Of a stretch of 64,000 nt of DNA, positions 30,647 through 39,953 are shown in pieces. The notes under the pieces were generated by a model. It had not been told where the DNA came from and did not search any database. It saw only the letters and a program-made list of their open reading frames with translations. The stretch comes from a virus (Duplodnaviria > Caudoviricetes): positions 23,268 through 87,267 of IMG/VR virus record IMGVR_UViG_3300028048_001915. One strand, 5' to 3'. Within the stretch, counting starts at the first letter, position 1, and each line of letters begins with the position of its first letter. Made by a program: the position numbers and the translations under genes.

Positions 30647-31594
30647 TCATTTTTTCACCCCATATCTTTTGATAAAATCGATAAAATCAATTGGATTAAT
30701 ATTTTTTAACCCGTAAACACTATGGTATTTGTCATGGCAGAATTTGCATAATGTAACACCATTATTCTCATTAACAGCTAGTTCGGGGTTTTCTTTGTAT
30801 CCGAATAGGTGGTGTACGTGTAGGTGTTTGTTTAATCCGCAGCAGATGCATTGTTGATTATCTCTTGATAATACTTGTTTTCTCCAGTTATCGTATCCTG
30901 GTACTTCATCTTCACGAGTTATGGTGATTGGTTCATCTGATTCTTCGATTTTAACTGCATCAGATACGAGTAATTGGATTTTACCGCCTCTATATTCATT
31001 TGGGCTGTATCTTCCGATTAATCTGATATGGTCTCCATTTTTCCATTTATCGAAGTCTGCACATTTGTCTTCAAATCTTGCTTTGATTATTATACTGGTG
31101 TCCTCGTCATAGATTTCAACATATTGTGAGTAAACTGCCTTTCCTATAATATCATCTTCTTCCACAATAGGGTTACTCATATTTTTTATTTTACAGTCTA
31201 ATGCTAGGAATTGGGTTTTTCTTAAATCAATTTCATTTAATTTAATGTATAATTCATCAGGTTCTGTTCCCATAATGTTGCATAATTGGTGGAATTCCTC
31301 TATGGATATATCCATTCTTGCATTACACATAATAGCTTGAGATAACCCTTCTATAATACCAATATTTTTTAGAGTATTTGTATCTGTTAAAACAGATAAG
31401 TTAATATATATACCACATAAACAAACTTGTGGATTGTCGTTCAAACTTTGTTCTTCTGAATCACGGTGAAACCATATAAATAAATGCTCCGTGAGCCTAT
31501 CCTCTCCATATTTAAAAGTACCTGGAACACAAGTACGATATTCGATAGTATAATTTTCAAATTCAAGTTCTTGAGTTTTCCCCATTATTTTCAC
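30647..31594 (-). CDS. HNH endonuclease with an upstream OB-fold-like region
   Basis: C-terminal WRKQVLSRDNQQCICCG...HVHH...NGVTLCKFCHDKYH. Confidence 0.8.
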   Translation of the reverse strand: MKIMGKTQELEFENYTIEYRTCVPGTFKYGEDRLTEHLFIWFHRDSEEQSLNDNPQVCLCGIYINLSVLTDTNTLKNIGIIEGLSQAIMCNARMDISIEEFHQLCNIMGTEPDELYIKLNEIDLRKTQFLALDCKIKNMSNPIVEEDDIIGKAVYSQYVEIYDEDTSIIIKARFEDKCADFDKWKNGDHIRLIGRYSPNEYRGGKIQLLVSDAVKIEESDEPITITREDEVPGYDNWRKQVLSRDNQQCICCGLNKHLHVHHLFGYKENPELAVNENNGVTLCKFCHDKYHSVYGLKNINPIDFIDFIKRYGVKK

Positions 31595-31604
31595 TCTCCA
31601 TCTT

Positions 31605-33338
31605 TTATTTTCCTATTGGAATTTTCACTTTCCTACGTTTACGAGTAACATCCAAACCATCAATAGCTTCCAAGAAATACTCATTAAACAAATACCTATA
31701 ATTAGATAATAAACTTTCAAAATCCGCATCTAAAACATAAGTAATACAATAATCATCCATATCACGTATACCTCTACCATAAGCCTGCATTAATGGCATG
31801 ATAGTTTGATACATATACCAGGATAAATCATATCTTTTACGAATGTTGATCTGTTTTCCTGCAAGACTTGGGAAAGGCATTTTATATAATATTTGGAATC
31901 TGCATTTATCACCTTTAAAATCAACTCCATCTTTTACACCCGCACCTATGAGTATTGTTGGTTTGCGACTTTTTTCGAATTGTTCGATGAATTTGCTGCG
32001 GTCTTTTCCTCCAGCTATCATTATTTTATGAGTGGTGGATAATTCTTGTTTTAACCACCATGCTTGTTGGTTGCTGGATACATGGATTACTCCTTTTTCG
32101 TTTTTGTGTTTGTCGAGTATTTCTTCGATTTTGTTTAATCCGTTAATGTTTTTCCAGTTTCCTCGTTTCATATTCCCCACATAGTCTCTGATTATAGGCC
32201 TATTCTTACGTGGGAATGGTGATTTTACGTATATGTAGTATGTTTTTTCTGGGTTGAGTCCTATCCAGTAGCAGAATTTTTCTTTGTTTCCTAATGTTCC
32301 TGTCATGAATAGTCTTGTTCCTCCGAAGTGTAGGAGTGTTTCACTGTAGTCTTTTATCATTAATGGTTTGAATTCTGCTTTTAATCCGATATGATAATCG
32401 TCTTGTTGGATCTCTTTTTTGGTTGGTATTTCGATGATTAAACTATTGTCTTTTAATTGTTTTCGTAACTCTTCAAATTGGTTAATTTTTCTTTCATAAT
32501 GATTTAATGTATCATCATTGAAAGAATCTGATATGCTCATGTTTTCACGGCCACCATAAGTTTCATTAATATACCTTGTGAATTGGATTTTTGTTTCATT
32601 GATTAATTTTTCACATACTCCAATCCAGTATAATGGACCTTCCATTTTCTTTAAAGTTAAACCATGTTCTAAACCATCAAAAATATCAAAATCATAATCT
32701 TTTTTAATGGTTTTACGATTCAATGTTACTGTTACTAATTGCATTACTTTTTTCTCAAAATTATGAGTTTCATCCAAGATTAACAAGTCTCTTTCAGGTA
32801 ATGCTTGTGCAAAGTTTCCAGCATAATATAAATAATCATAGTTAGTGATTATTGCTGGTGAAAGTAATGCTTCCTGTATTGCTTGATTGTATGGGCAGTC
32901 TCCACATTTTTTAGGTTTTTTAGGTTTCTCCGGTGCAGCATATTTTCCAGGATTTTGTTTATGTTTTTTTAATGCTATACTGTAGCTTTCTAACATTTTT
33001 TGGTATTGTTCGTTAATGTTACATGGTTCGCAGGAGCCATCATAATTACATGGGTAATTACTTCTTCCTTTGATTTCTTTTAACATATCTTTGAAATCAT
33101 GTAGGTATTGTTCCTGGAGTTGGTTTGTCATTGTGCAAATGTATGTAGTTTCGAAGTAGTTTGCTATAGTTGTTGCAATAGCGGATTTTCCTACTCCGGT
33201 TCCTGCTTCCAGAATAATATTTTCATATCCTTTATTGATTGCTGTTAATATTTCATCAATAATTTTTTCTTGTTCTGGTCTTGGATTATATCCTTTTAAA
33301 CTCCATTTTTCCATATTCATTATTTTTTCACCTCCCAT
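31605..33338 (-). CDS. DinG/XPD-like SF2 helicase
   Basis: EAGTGVGKS (motif I), DETH (motif II), GVDFKGD and QAYGRGIR. Confidence 0.85.
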   Translation of the reverse strand: MGGEKIMNMEKWSLKGYNPRPEQEKIIDEILTAINKGYENIILEAGTGVGKSAIATTIANYFETTYICTMTNQLQEQYLHDFKDMLKEIKGRSNYPCNYDGSCEPCNINEQYQKMLESYSIALKKHKQNPGKYAAPEKPKKPKKCGDCPYNQAIQEALLSPAIITNYDYLYYAGNFAQALPERDLLILDETHNFEKKVMQLVTVTLNRKTIKKDYDFDIFDGLEHGLTLKKMEGPLYWIGVCEKLINETKIQFTRYINETYGGRENMSISDSFNDDTLNHYERKINQFEELRKQLKDNSLIIEIPTKKEIQQDDYHIGLKAEFKPLMIKDYSETLLHFGGTRLFMTGTLGNKEKFCYWIGLNPEKTYYIYVKSPFPRKNRPIIRDYVGNMKRGNWKNINGLNKIEEILDKHKNEKGVIHVSSNQQAWWLKQELSTTHKIMIAGGKDRSKFIEQFEKSRKPTILIGAGVKDGVDFKGDKCRFQILYKMPFPSLAGKQINIRKRYDLSWYMYQTIMPLMQAYGRGIRDMDDYCITYVLDADFESLLSNYRYLFNEYFLEAIDGLDVTRKRRKVKIPIGK

Positions 33339-33811
33339 TCTGTTGGGTAATTTTCTTTTACGTATTGCCAGTCATCGAATAGTTGTTGTTGATCTTTTAG
33401 GTCATGTGTGTAATCTTGGTATGCGTCGAATAGTATGTCTTCGAGTTCTTCTTCATCTTTGATTTCAAGTATTTTCATTACTTCTTCCATGTCTCTTGGG
33501 TCTGGTTTTCCTCCTCCTCGGTATGGTGCCCAGATTCTTAGCCATGCATCACTGTTTTTCTTGTTTCTGATTTTTTCTTCCATGTTTTCTTCATAGTAGG
33601 TGTCTTCGAGGAGTAGGTAGATTTTCATTTTTGCCATGTTCATTGCTTTTTGTTGTTCTAGTAGTTCTGCTCCCCTTTGTTCTCCGTTTTTGTCTGTGTA
33701 GTCTAACCATGATTCTAGGCATTCGGTGAAGAATTTGCTTAGGTTTGGTATGTGTTTTTTTGCGATTGTTAGTAAGTCTTCATCGATTGATAATTTGATA
33801 TCTTTTTTCAT
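33320..33811 (-). CDS. Ribbon-helix-helix-like N-terminal domain protein
   Basis: MKKDIKLSIDEDLLTIAKKHIPNLSKFFTECLE resembles an RHH/CcdA-type N-terminus. Confidence 0.45.
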   Translation of the reverse strand: MKKDIKLSIDEDLLTIAKKHIPNLSKFFTECLESWLDYTDKNGEQRGAELLEQQKAMNMAKMKIYLLLEDTYYEENMEEKIRNKKNSDAWLRIWAPYRGGGKPDPRDMEEVMKILEIKDEEELEDILFDAYQDYTHDLKDQQQLFDDWQYVKENYPTEWEVKK

Positions 33812-33887
33812 TTTTTTCCACTTCCTTTTTTTAATACTTTTTTGTTTTTTAGTAATACACTCGTGAAGGGTTTAACCCCTACAATCC

Positions 33888-33928
33888 AAATACGACCGTA
33901 CGGTCATAACGGTCGTACGACCGTATTT
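33888..33928. promoter_or_regulatory. GC-rich nested palindrome (candidate origin or operator)
   Basis: AAATACGACCGTACGGTCATAACGGTCGTACGACCGTATTT contains 12-bp and 16-bp perfect palindromes and four GACCGT/ACGGTC hexamers. Confidence 0.6.
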
Positions 33929-33969
33929 CAGTATACCCCCTATATAGCGAATTCGGTGTAAAATAAATT

Positions 33970-35946
33970 TTACAAAATACTCTTCCTAACATTAGAAACA
34001 GCCTCCTCAAAAATCATATCCAAATCACAACTCCTACTCTTACAAATAGGACCCAATTCCATACGAACATCAGACAAAACACCATCATCCAAAATACCAT
34101 CATTCATCTGAATACGAGCACGTAACATCCTCTCAGCATCATTAACAACCAACATCTCACTATCAGACCACACATGCTCCAACACACCCGCAGTCTCAGG
34201 AGACAAACCAATAGACTCCAAAGCCTTACTATAAATACGAATAGCATTACGAGCATCATCAACACTAACAACATCAGACAAACGAGTCTTAGCCTTAGCA
34301 ATACTCAAACGCTCAATAGCCTTCAAATCCCTAGCAGTAATAGGCTTAGCAGAATCATCACCCTGAGCAACATTACGAGTACTAACATAAAATTCAGTTA
34401 ACAAAACCTTAGCCTCATCAGACAAAACCGGAAAACACTCCATCTTAGCATAAGTAATATACTTCTTAAAACACTCATCAGACAAAGCCTCAACATCATT
34501 AACAAACCGCTCCTTATTCAACAAATTAGTAGCTAACTCACGGTCTTTCTTTTCATCAATAATATCTTCTAAAGCAAAAACCAAATCAAACCTAGATAAA
34601 TTACTATCTGGAATATCAATCTGTTCTTTCACAGTCTTGTAACGATTAAACTTACTATATTTCGGATTAGCACAAGCTAAAATACTTGTACGGGCACTCA
34701 TATTCTGAACCAAACCTGCTTTGGCAGAAGATACAGACAATTGTTCCATAGGCTCATTCAAAGACTTCTGAGTACCCGCACTAAGCTTATCATATTCATC
34801 AATACATAACAAACCAGTATCTGCTAAGACAACAGCACCTGCTTCCATAGCCCAAGTACCAGTCAATTCATCTTTAACAGCAGACACAGTTAAACCGGCT
34901 TTACTTGTACTTGTACCAGCAATACTGATAATTTTAGGTGCACGCTGATTAACCGCAGATATAATTTGTGATTTACCAATACCTGGATCACCAATTAATA
35001 AAATATGAATTGTCCACCTATCCATTTGACTAGTTTTAACACTATCATTAGATGGTCTAGCACCCTCAAATAATTGCAACAATAAACCTTCCTTAACAGT
35101 ATCATAACCATAAATCTCAGGAGCTAAAGTACCAACTAATCTATCATAAATATCCTCTTGTTGAGATAGTTCATGAATCATTTTTTTATCAGATTCAGTA
35201 ATCCTATAATCCTCAAAAGCATCATCAACAGGAGCAATATTATGCAAGTTAATCATGAATTCAAACTCATTCTTATTAGGTTCACTTTTCTCAATATCAA
35301 ACTTACCAAAAATATCACAAACATCACCAGCTTTTAATTTATGCTGAGGTGAAGCTAAATAATCAGTCATATAACCTTTGAACTCACGACTAACACCACC
35401 TTGACGGAATTCCAAAGGTTCTTCTAATTTAACATATCGAGTATTTTTAAAAGTGCTGCTTTCAGTTAATAATCTGAAAGATCTACCCCCACATTCATTA
35501 CATAATGAAGGCACAACAACACTTTTACTATTAGACATATCAATATAATGTAAACGCATACAACCTCTACATTCAAAAGCAGCTTTTTCAATCTCAACAT
35601 GTATTGGAGTGATATTTTTAATCATAGCTTTAGTACTGATTAAATCACCATTATATGTTGTATCCAAGTCATGTAAGAGTACATTTGGAGGTATGTCAAC
35701 TAATTTAAAAGTGATATGGTGTTTTTCACTTCGGTTTTTATTCACTTTTTCTTCAGCGTAAGCTAACATTGCTTCCCATGATAAATCAAAAAGATTTTTA
35801 TCTAAAAGTTCTAAAAAGAAGTTATTAACCAAAGTATAATCTATATTTACTTTGGTTTGTGTCTTACACTCTTTAGCATAAGCCAATTCTTCTTTATAGT
35901 TTTCTTTTATGAAGTTCATGAAAAGTTTTTTGGGATTAGCACCCAT
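33970..35946 (-). CDS. mcm: MCM replicative helicase
   Basis: CRGC/CNEC zinc finger, Walker A GDPGIGKSQ, Walker B LCIDEYDK, arginine finger SRFD. Confidence 0.95.
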   Translation of the reverse strand: MGANPKKLFMNFIKENYKEELAYAKECKTQTKVNIDYTLVNNFFLELLDKNLFDLSWEAMLAYAEEKVNKNRSEKHHITFKLVDIPPNVLLHDLDTTYNGDLISTKAMIKNITPIHVEIEKAAFECRGCMRLHYIDMSNSKSVVVPSLCNECGGRSFRLLTESSTFKNTRYVKLEEPLEFRQGGVSREFKGYMTDYLASPQHKLKAGDVCDIFGKFDIEKSEPNKNEFEFMINLHNIAPVDDAFEDYRITESDKKMIHELSQQEDIYDRLVGTLAPEIYGYDTVKEGLLLQLFEGARPSNDSVKTSQMDRWTIHILLIGDPGIGKSQIISAVNQRAPKIISIAGTSTSKAGLTVSAVKDELTGTWAMEAGAVVLADTGLLCIDEYDKLSAGTQKSLNEPMEQLSVSSAKAGLVQNMSARTSILACANPKYSKFNRYKTVKEQIDIPDSNLSRFDLVFALEDIIDEKKDRELATNLLNKERFVNDVEALSDECFKKYITYAKMECFPVLSDEAKVLLTEFYVSTRNVAQGDDSAKPITARDLKAIERLSIAKAKTRLSDVVSVDDARNAIRIYSKALESIGLSPETAGVLEHVWSDSEMLVVNDAERMLRARIQMNDGILDDGVLSDVRMELGPICKSRSCDLDMIFEEAVSNVRKSIL

Positions 35947-35969
35947 ATTCTACCTCCAGATGTCAATTG

Positions 35970-36887
35970 TTATTCGACTAATTCTTTTTTAGCTGTTCTG
36001 TATTCATCTAAAGTTACTTCATTTTCTTCATATAAACGAAGTAACTCTGCTACGATATTTTCACGAGTTACCTTTGTTTTATTTGCTTGTAAGTTTGCAA
36101 TAGCTAAACCTACTTGAGGGTACTCTTCTTTTAATACTTTGATTGTTTTCTTTTTAGGTTTAGATTCTTTTTTAGGTTCCTCATTTGTTACGAGTTCTGC
36201 TTCCACTACTTCAGCAGGTTCCTCCTTAACTACTTCTGCTTTGGTTTCGATAGGTTCATTTTTTGGTTTGTTTGGCCTATCAGCAGCAGTTTTTTTAACT
36301 GTTTTTTTCACAGTTTTTTTACTTTTCTTAACAGATTTTTTCTCAGCACCCCTCTCTTCTGCAGAAACTTCACCTGCACCTATAAGGTCAGATATTGCTC
36401 TGCTTTTTGCCCTTGTATGTGCTGTTGATGGGACATCGTGTTCAGCATTGCTGAACCTACCACGTAAAATGAAATTACTTGGTGTTTCTTTATCTGCTGG
36501 ATATTTAGGTGTTCCTTTGTATCTGATTTTATCATATATGCTGCAGGACCCTACTGCGGTAGCTGATCTACCATTTGGTAGTACTGCTCTGACGTAATAT
36601 TTAGCAGAGACGATTTGATTTGTCTCGTCTCTTGTGATTTCTTCATTGACTACTTCATCTGAAATATTGAATGCTGTAGCTAATTTCCTCCATGCGGATT
36701 TCTTTTTTGCTTTTTTGTCTCCGATTTGTTGGTAATCGGATTCGTCTAATAGTCTTTCGACTAATTCTTGATAATTGTTCATGAATGCTTCTGCTGCATC
36801 CACGTCAACTATGTCAAATTGGTTTACTATGGAAGTTGGTGCAGTAGATTCAACTACTGCTACTTCTCCTGTCATTTCTTCAGCCAT
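35970..36887 (-). CDS. Putative single-strand annealing protein (Rad52/Red-beta-like)
   Basis: KSAWRKLATAFNIS...AVGSCS...AHTRAKSRAISDLIG pattern; located next to MCM and SSB. Confidence 0.5.
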   Translation of the reverse strand: MAEEMTGEVAVVESTAPTSIVNQFDIVDVDAAEAFMNNYQELVERLLDESDYQQIGDKKAKKKSAWRKLATAFNISDEVVNEEITRDETNQIVSAKYYVRAVLPNGRSATAVGSCSIYDKIRYKGTPKYPADKETPSNFILRGRFSNAEHDVPSTAHTRAKSRAISDLIGAGEVSAEERGAEKKSVKKSKKTVKKTVKKTAADRPNKPKNEPIETKAEVVKEEPAEVVEAELVTNEEPKKESKPKKKTIKVLKEEYPQVGLAIANLQANKTKVTRENIVAELLRLYEENEVTLDEYRTAKKELVE

Positions 36888-36901
36888 TATAAATCACCAT
36901 T

Positions 36902-37288
36902 TTATTCTTCGTAGTATTCTTCATCATCTTCTTCATAGATGACTTTGCGGTCTGGATCTACTTGGACTTTATAACTCCTTGTTGGGTATTCCTGGTCTTC
37001 TTTTGGTGGAATGATTTTCACTAATTCCACATGTAAAAAGTCACCGATTGCTACTTTTTTGTAGAATCTTTGTAAATGTGCATGTGTAGGTAAGTGTTGG
37101 AGTAATGGTTCTCCTTCTTCATCTTCACCTACTTCCAAAACCATGCCTTTACGACCGTAGCTGTCTTTGTAAAATTCGTATAAATTCCCTTCCACATTAT
37201 CCCCTACTTTTTCAAATTTAGGGTATTTTGTGAAGTTGTTTTCTTCTTCAGGTTCTAATGTTTCCCATGCCATAATTTTTGCCTCCAA
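36902..37288 (-). CDS. OB-fold ssDNA-binding-like protein
   Basis: GDNVEG...IGDFLHVELVK..RSYKV beta-barrel pattern with an acidic C-terminal tail. Confidence 0.55.
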   Translation of the reverse strand: MEAKIMAWETLEPEEENNFTKYPKFEKVGDNVEGNLYEFYKDSYGRKGMVLEVGEDEEGEPLLQHLPTHAHLQRFYKKVAIGDFLHVELVKIIPPKEDQEYPTRSYKVQVDPDRKVIYEEDDEEYYEE

Positions 37289-37289
37289 A

Positions 37290-37604
37290 TTAGTTTTTTA
37301 TGAATTGCATACAAACAAAACGCAATTCTATATTATTTAATTCAATTTCGCTTAATTCTGTGAAATGTTTAGGTAGTTTTCCTCCTTTAGTGAATATGCT
37401 TATGCATACATCATCAGGGTTGATGATTATATTTCCAGGATTGTATTCTAATCCTAAACATTTGGCCAGATCTTTATGTCCGACCATTGATTTTGCCCCG
37501 TAGCATAGGGCTTTAAATTCTTCATAACTTAGTTCTTTTTGGATTATGAGTACATCATAATCCGATAACATCGCTGGGCTGTACCCGTTGATTACATACT
37601 TCAT
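37290..37604 (-). CDS. AcrIII-1/DUF1874 (STIV B116-like) viral ring nuclease homologue
   Basis: YVINGYSPAML...EEF...SMVGHKDLAKCLGLEYN...D...GGKLP matches the family pattern NxFSxxML / S-x-x-GH / GGRLPEG. Start at the ATG at 37604 with an AGGAG SD. Confidence 0.7.
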   Translation of the reverse strand: MKYVINGYSPAMLSDYDVLIIQKELSYEEFKALCYGAKSMVGHKDLAKCLGLEYNPGNIIINPDDVCISIFTKGGKLPKHFTELSEIELNNIELRFVCMQFIKN

Positions 37605-37757
37605 TTTTTCACAACTCCTTCTCTTCTTTGGTTTTGCCTTATGAGGCATTTACCTGGATTGTTATAATAATTGTCTAGGTCTTCGCAGCCGTGTATGCAT
37701 TGACCGCAACAATTGTCATTGAAGACCAAGATGTTTCTTTGAGTATAAGCTTCCATT

Positions 37758-38000
37758 TTATGTGAGTCCTCCATTATAATAGACATTTGCTTCTGTACCA
37801 GTTAATCCGGCACCATATTTTACGAATATTAATACTAAGGTTATCATTAGGATGATTATTCCGAAGAATATTATGTATGGTGCGATTTTGTTGCACCATT
37901 TCTCAAACCTGCTACGTGTGTCTTTGTGGAGGCTTTTCGGTTTTTTGAAATTATAACCAAAAAGTACTAGGAATAATTGTACAATGCCTATAATGTTCAT
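37758..38000 (-). CDS. Small membrane protein
   Basis: Two hydrophobic segments. Confidence 0.45.
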   Translation of the reverse strand: MNIIGIVQLFLVLFGYNFKKPKSLHKDTRSRFEKWCNKIAPYIIFFGIIILMITLVLIFVKYGAGLTGTEANVYYNGGLT

Positions 38001-39066
38001 AGTTTCACCTCCTGAATGTGGCTAGCTATTTTTAAGATATCCTCACTGTTTTTGAGGATTATACAGTGTAAGTATGCATTATCCTTTGTTGTTGTGTGTG
38101 GGATGTCCAATGATTCCACTAATGTTCTCATTGCATTGAATGACCCATCTTTTGTGGTTAATTGCAATGCGTATTCTGTTGATATTGCTCGTGGGTTGTA
38201 ATTTGATTGTCTTGCTACGAAATTACATGGTGTATTATAGTTTTCATGGAGATATCCTTTGATGTCTTTTTCTGCTAAGAGTATGTCATTCATTGGATCA
38301 CCTCTGGTGCATCCATTAACATGTCCTTTAACTGTCTTATTTTATTGAGAATTACTGGTTTGTGTTGGTTGATGTAACTGTATTCTGAACCGTAGAGTAT
38401 TGCTTCAGCTCTTCGGATTTCCAGTATTTTCTCCCATTGTTTTATGTGGAGACTGTAATATTTTTTATCTCCTAACATATGGGATTTTATCCCTTTTTTG
38501 ACTACATGAGCCTTGATTTCTTCTTTGATTTCTTCTTTTTCTTCTTGTAAAGAAGAAATGCTTTTTTCAAAATAAGTTTTTGAGGTAGCATTCATTCTAC
38601 CACCCCAGCATTCCATGGTACACTATAAACCATATGAATATCTACATCAGGCACATAATGTTCACTGTTTAAAATTAGTACTGGTGGGATACTCCAGTTT
38701 TTCCAAGCATTTTGTAATGCTTTTAATGGTGTTTTCCCACTTGAGATTGGTGCACCATAATCATCACCATATGGTACATTATGGTATACTCTGAATCTGT
38801 CATTATATTCATCTAATGCATATAAGTGTGCATTATGGTGGAGTATATTATATGGTGCTTGTTTTTTCGCTTTTTTGTAGATGTTTTCTAAGTCTTCTAT
38901 TGCTTCTATGAGTTCTGTTTCATCGATTCCACAGTATTTTATTGTGGAGAATGATGGGAAGCTTGTTTTGTAGACTCTTTCATTAGATAGGAATGTTATA
39001 ATTTCCATTAATTTATCTGCTTCCCTACTTAATTCAGTAGGGTTTTTTGTTAAGCGGTAGTTGTTC

Positions 39067-39222
39067 CTATTCATTAGAAACACCACCATTTAAAAGTAGT
39101 TCTTTTAGTTCATCATAGCCTTCACTTCTTCTGAGGTGATCTATGATTTCTTTTTCGGTGCCTATGATGGCACCGTTTATTGAGAGGGCGGGTTGCCCAT
39201 TATAGTTGACTATATCTAACAT
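39067..39222 (-). CDS. 51-aa first gene of the leftward operon (not in the ORF track)
   Basis: ATG at 39222 preceded by CCTGCGAGGATAA; MLDIVNYNGQPALSINGAII...; overlaps the next gene. Confidence 0.55.
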   Translation of the reverse strand: MLDIVNYNGQPALSINGAIIGTEKEIIDHLRRSEGYDELKELLLNGGVSNE

Positions 39223-39298
39223 ATTTTATCCTCGCAGGAATTACTAGATGATTTTTCATGACGGCCATCATGAAATTTCATCTGCATATTAATGTTGG
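39214..39298 (-). promoter_or_regulatory. Structured leader element, copy 1 (hairpin with TGGCCG loop plus CCTGCGAGGATAA before ATG)
   Basis: Hairpin 39246-39283; 13-mer TTATCCTCGCAGG at 39226-39238. Confidence 0.55.
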
Positions 39299-39322
39299 TT
39301 TTGCTATTATTTAAATGTTACT

Positions 39323-39436
39323 ACTATTATAATAGTTATAATCGTTTCTACTATAAACTAAATAAACACAAAATATATATAAGTGACTTCTTACAGACTA
39401 TATTATAACTATTATAATAATTGAAACTATTATAAT
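39323..39436. promoter_or_regulatory. Three ACTATTATAAT operator-like repeats in the divergent promoter region
   Basis: Copies at 39323-39333, 39408-39418 and 39426-39436. Confidence 0.6.
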
Positions 39437-39466
39437 GATTAAAATATTTAATCAAGGTGATTTAGA

Positions 39467-39637
39467 GTGAAAAAATATACAACAAAAGTAAATTATGCGA
39501 ACCTCCAGAACAATTCATTAAGATGCGGAATACCAAAAGAAATAGTAGACCATTTACAAATTGAACCTGGAGATAGTGTAAAATGGATACTTGATGAAAC
39601 ATCAGGAACCGTAACTGTTGAAAAATTAGATTTATAA
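39467..39637 (+). CDS. AbrB/MazE/SpoVT-family DNA-binding protein (56 aa; not in the ORF track)
   Basis: GTG start after an AAGGTGAT SD; SLRCGIPKEIVDHLQIEPGDSVKW is the swapped-hairpin signature. Confidence 0.8.
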   Translation: MKKYTTKVNYANLQNNSLRCGIPKEIVDHLQIEPGDSVKWILDETSGTVTVEKLDL

Positions 39638-39792
39638 TAATAATTTAATTTTTTTATAATTAAAAAAAAGCTATATAAATTGACGATAGCTTTCGCTAAA
39701 GCAATTAAACTTCTCCTTTCGTTGGAGACTATATAAAAATATGTAAATAAGTTTATATAGCATTTTAGACTTATATAATTACAGGTTACGGA

Positions 39793-39887
39793 ATACATCT
39801 TATCCTCGCAGGTAACTTGTTTTTATGTAACCAAAAAGGTATAGGTGAGGAACGGCCATTCCTACGACCCTATACTTTTTTTATGTT
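39793..39887 (-). promoter_or_regulatory. Structured element, copy 2 (hairpin with TGGCCG loop plus CCTGCGAGGATAA)
   Basis: Hairpin 39833-39881; 13-mer TTATCCTCGCAGG at 39800-39812. Confidence 0.55.
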
Positions 39888-39953
39888 ACAAATATTATAT
39901 TGTAAAAATCTACTTTTATATAATTTTCTAAAAAACTAAGAAAACTATTTTTT

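Noticed and set aside
31605-33338. DinG helicase as the type IV-A CasDinG (Csf4)
   Set aside because: It lies 9 kb away on the opposite strand inside the replication operon, and the csf locus has the Cas11 plus CysH (IV-B) composition
39676-39710. Hammerhead ribozyme (TTGACGA-stem)
   Set aside because: Lacks CUGANGA and the GAAA after stem II
39493-39798. 101 aa minus-strand ORF after twin element 2
   Set aside because: Antisense to the convincing AbrB gene, with low-complexity AT-driven composition; probably not a real protein, although a short leader peptide is not excluded
39783-39887. HDV-like ribozyme (TCCTCGC resembles the HDV L3 loop)
   Set aside because: P1- and P2-like pairings can be drawn, but the P1.1 GG and the catalytic J4/2 cytosine context are missing in copy 2, and copy 1 lacks P1
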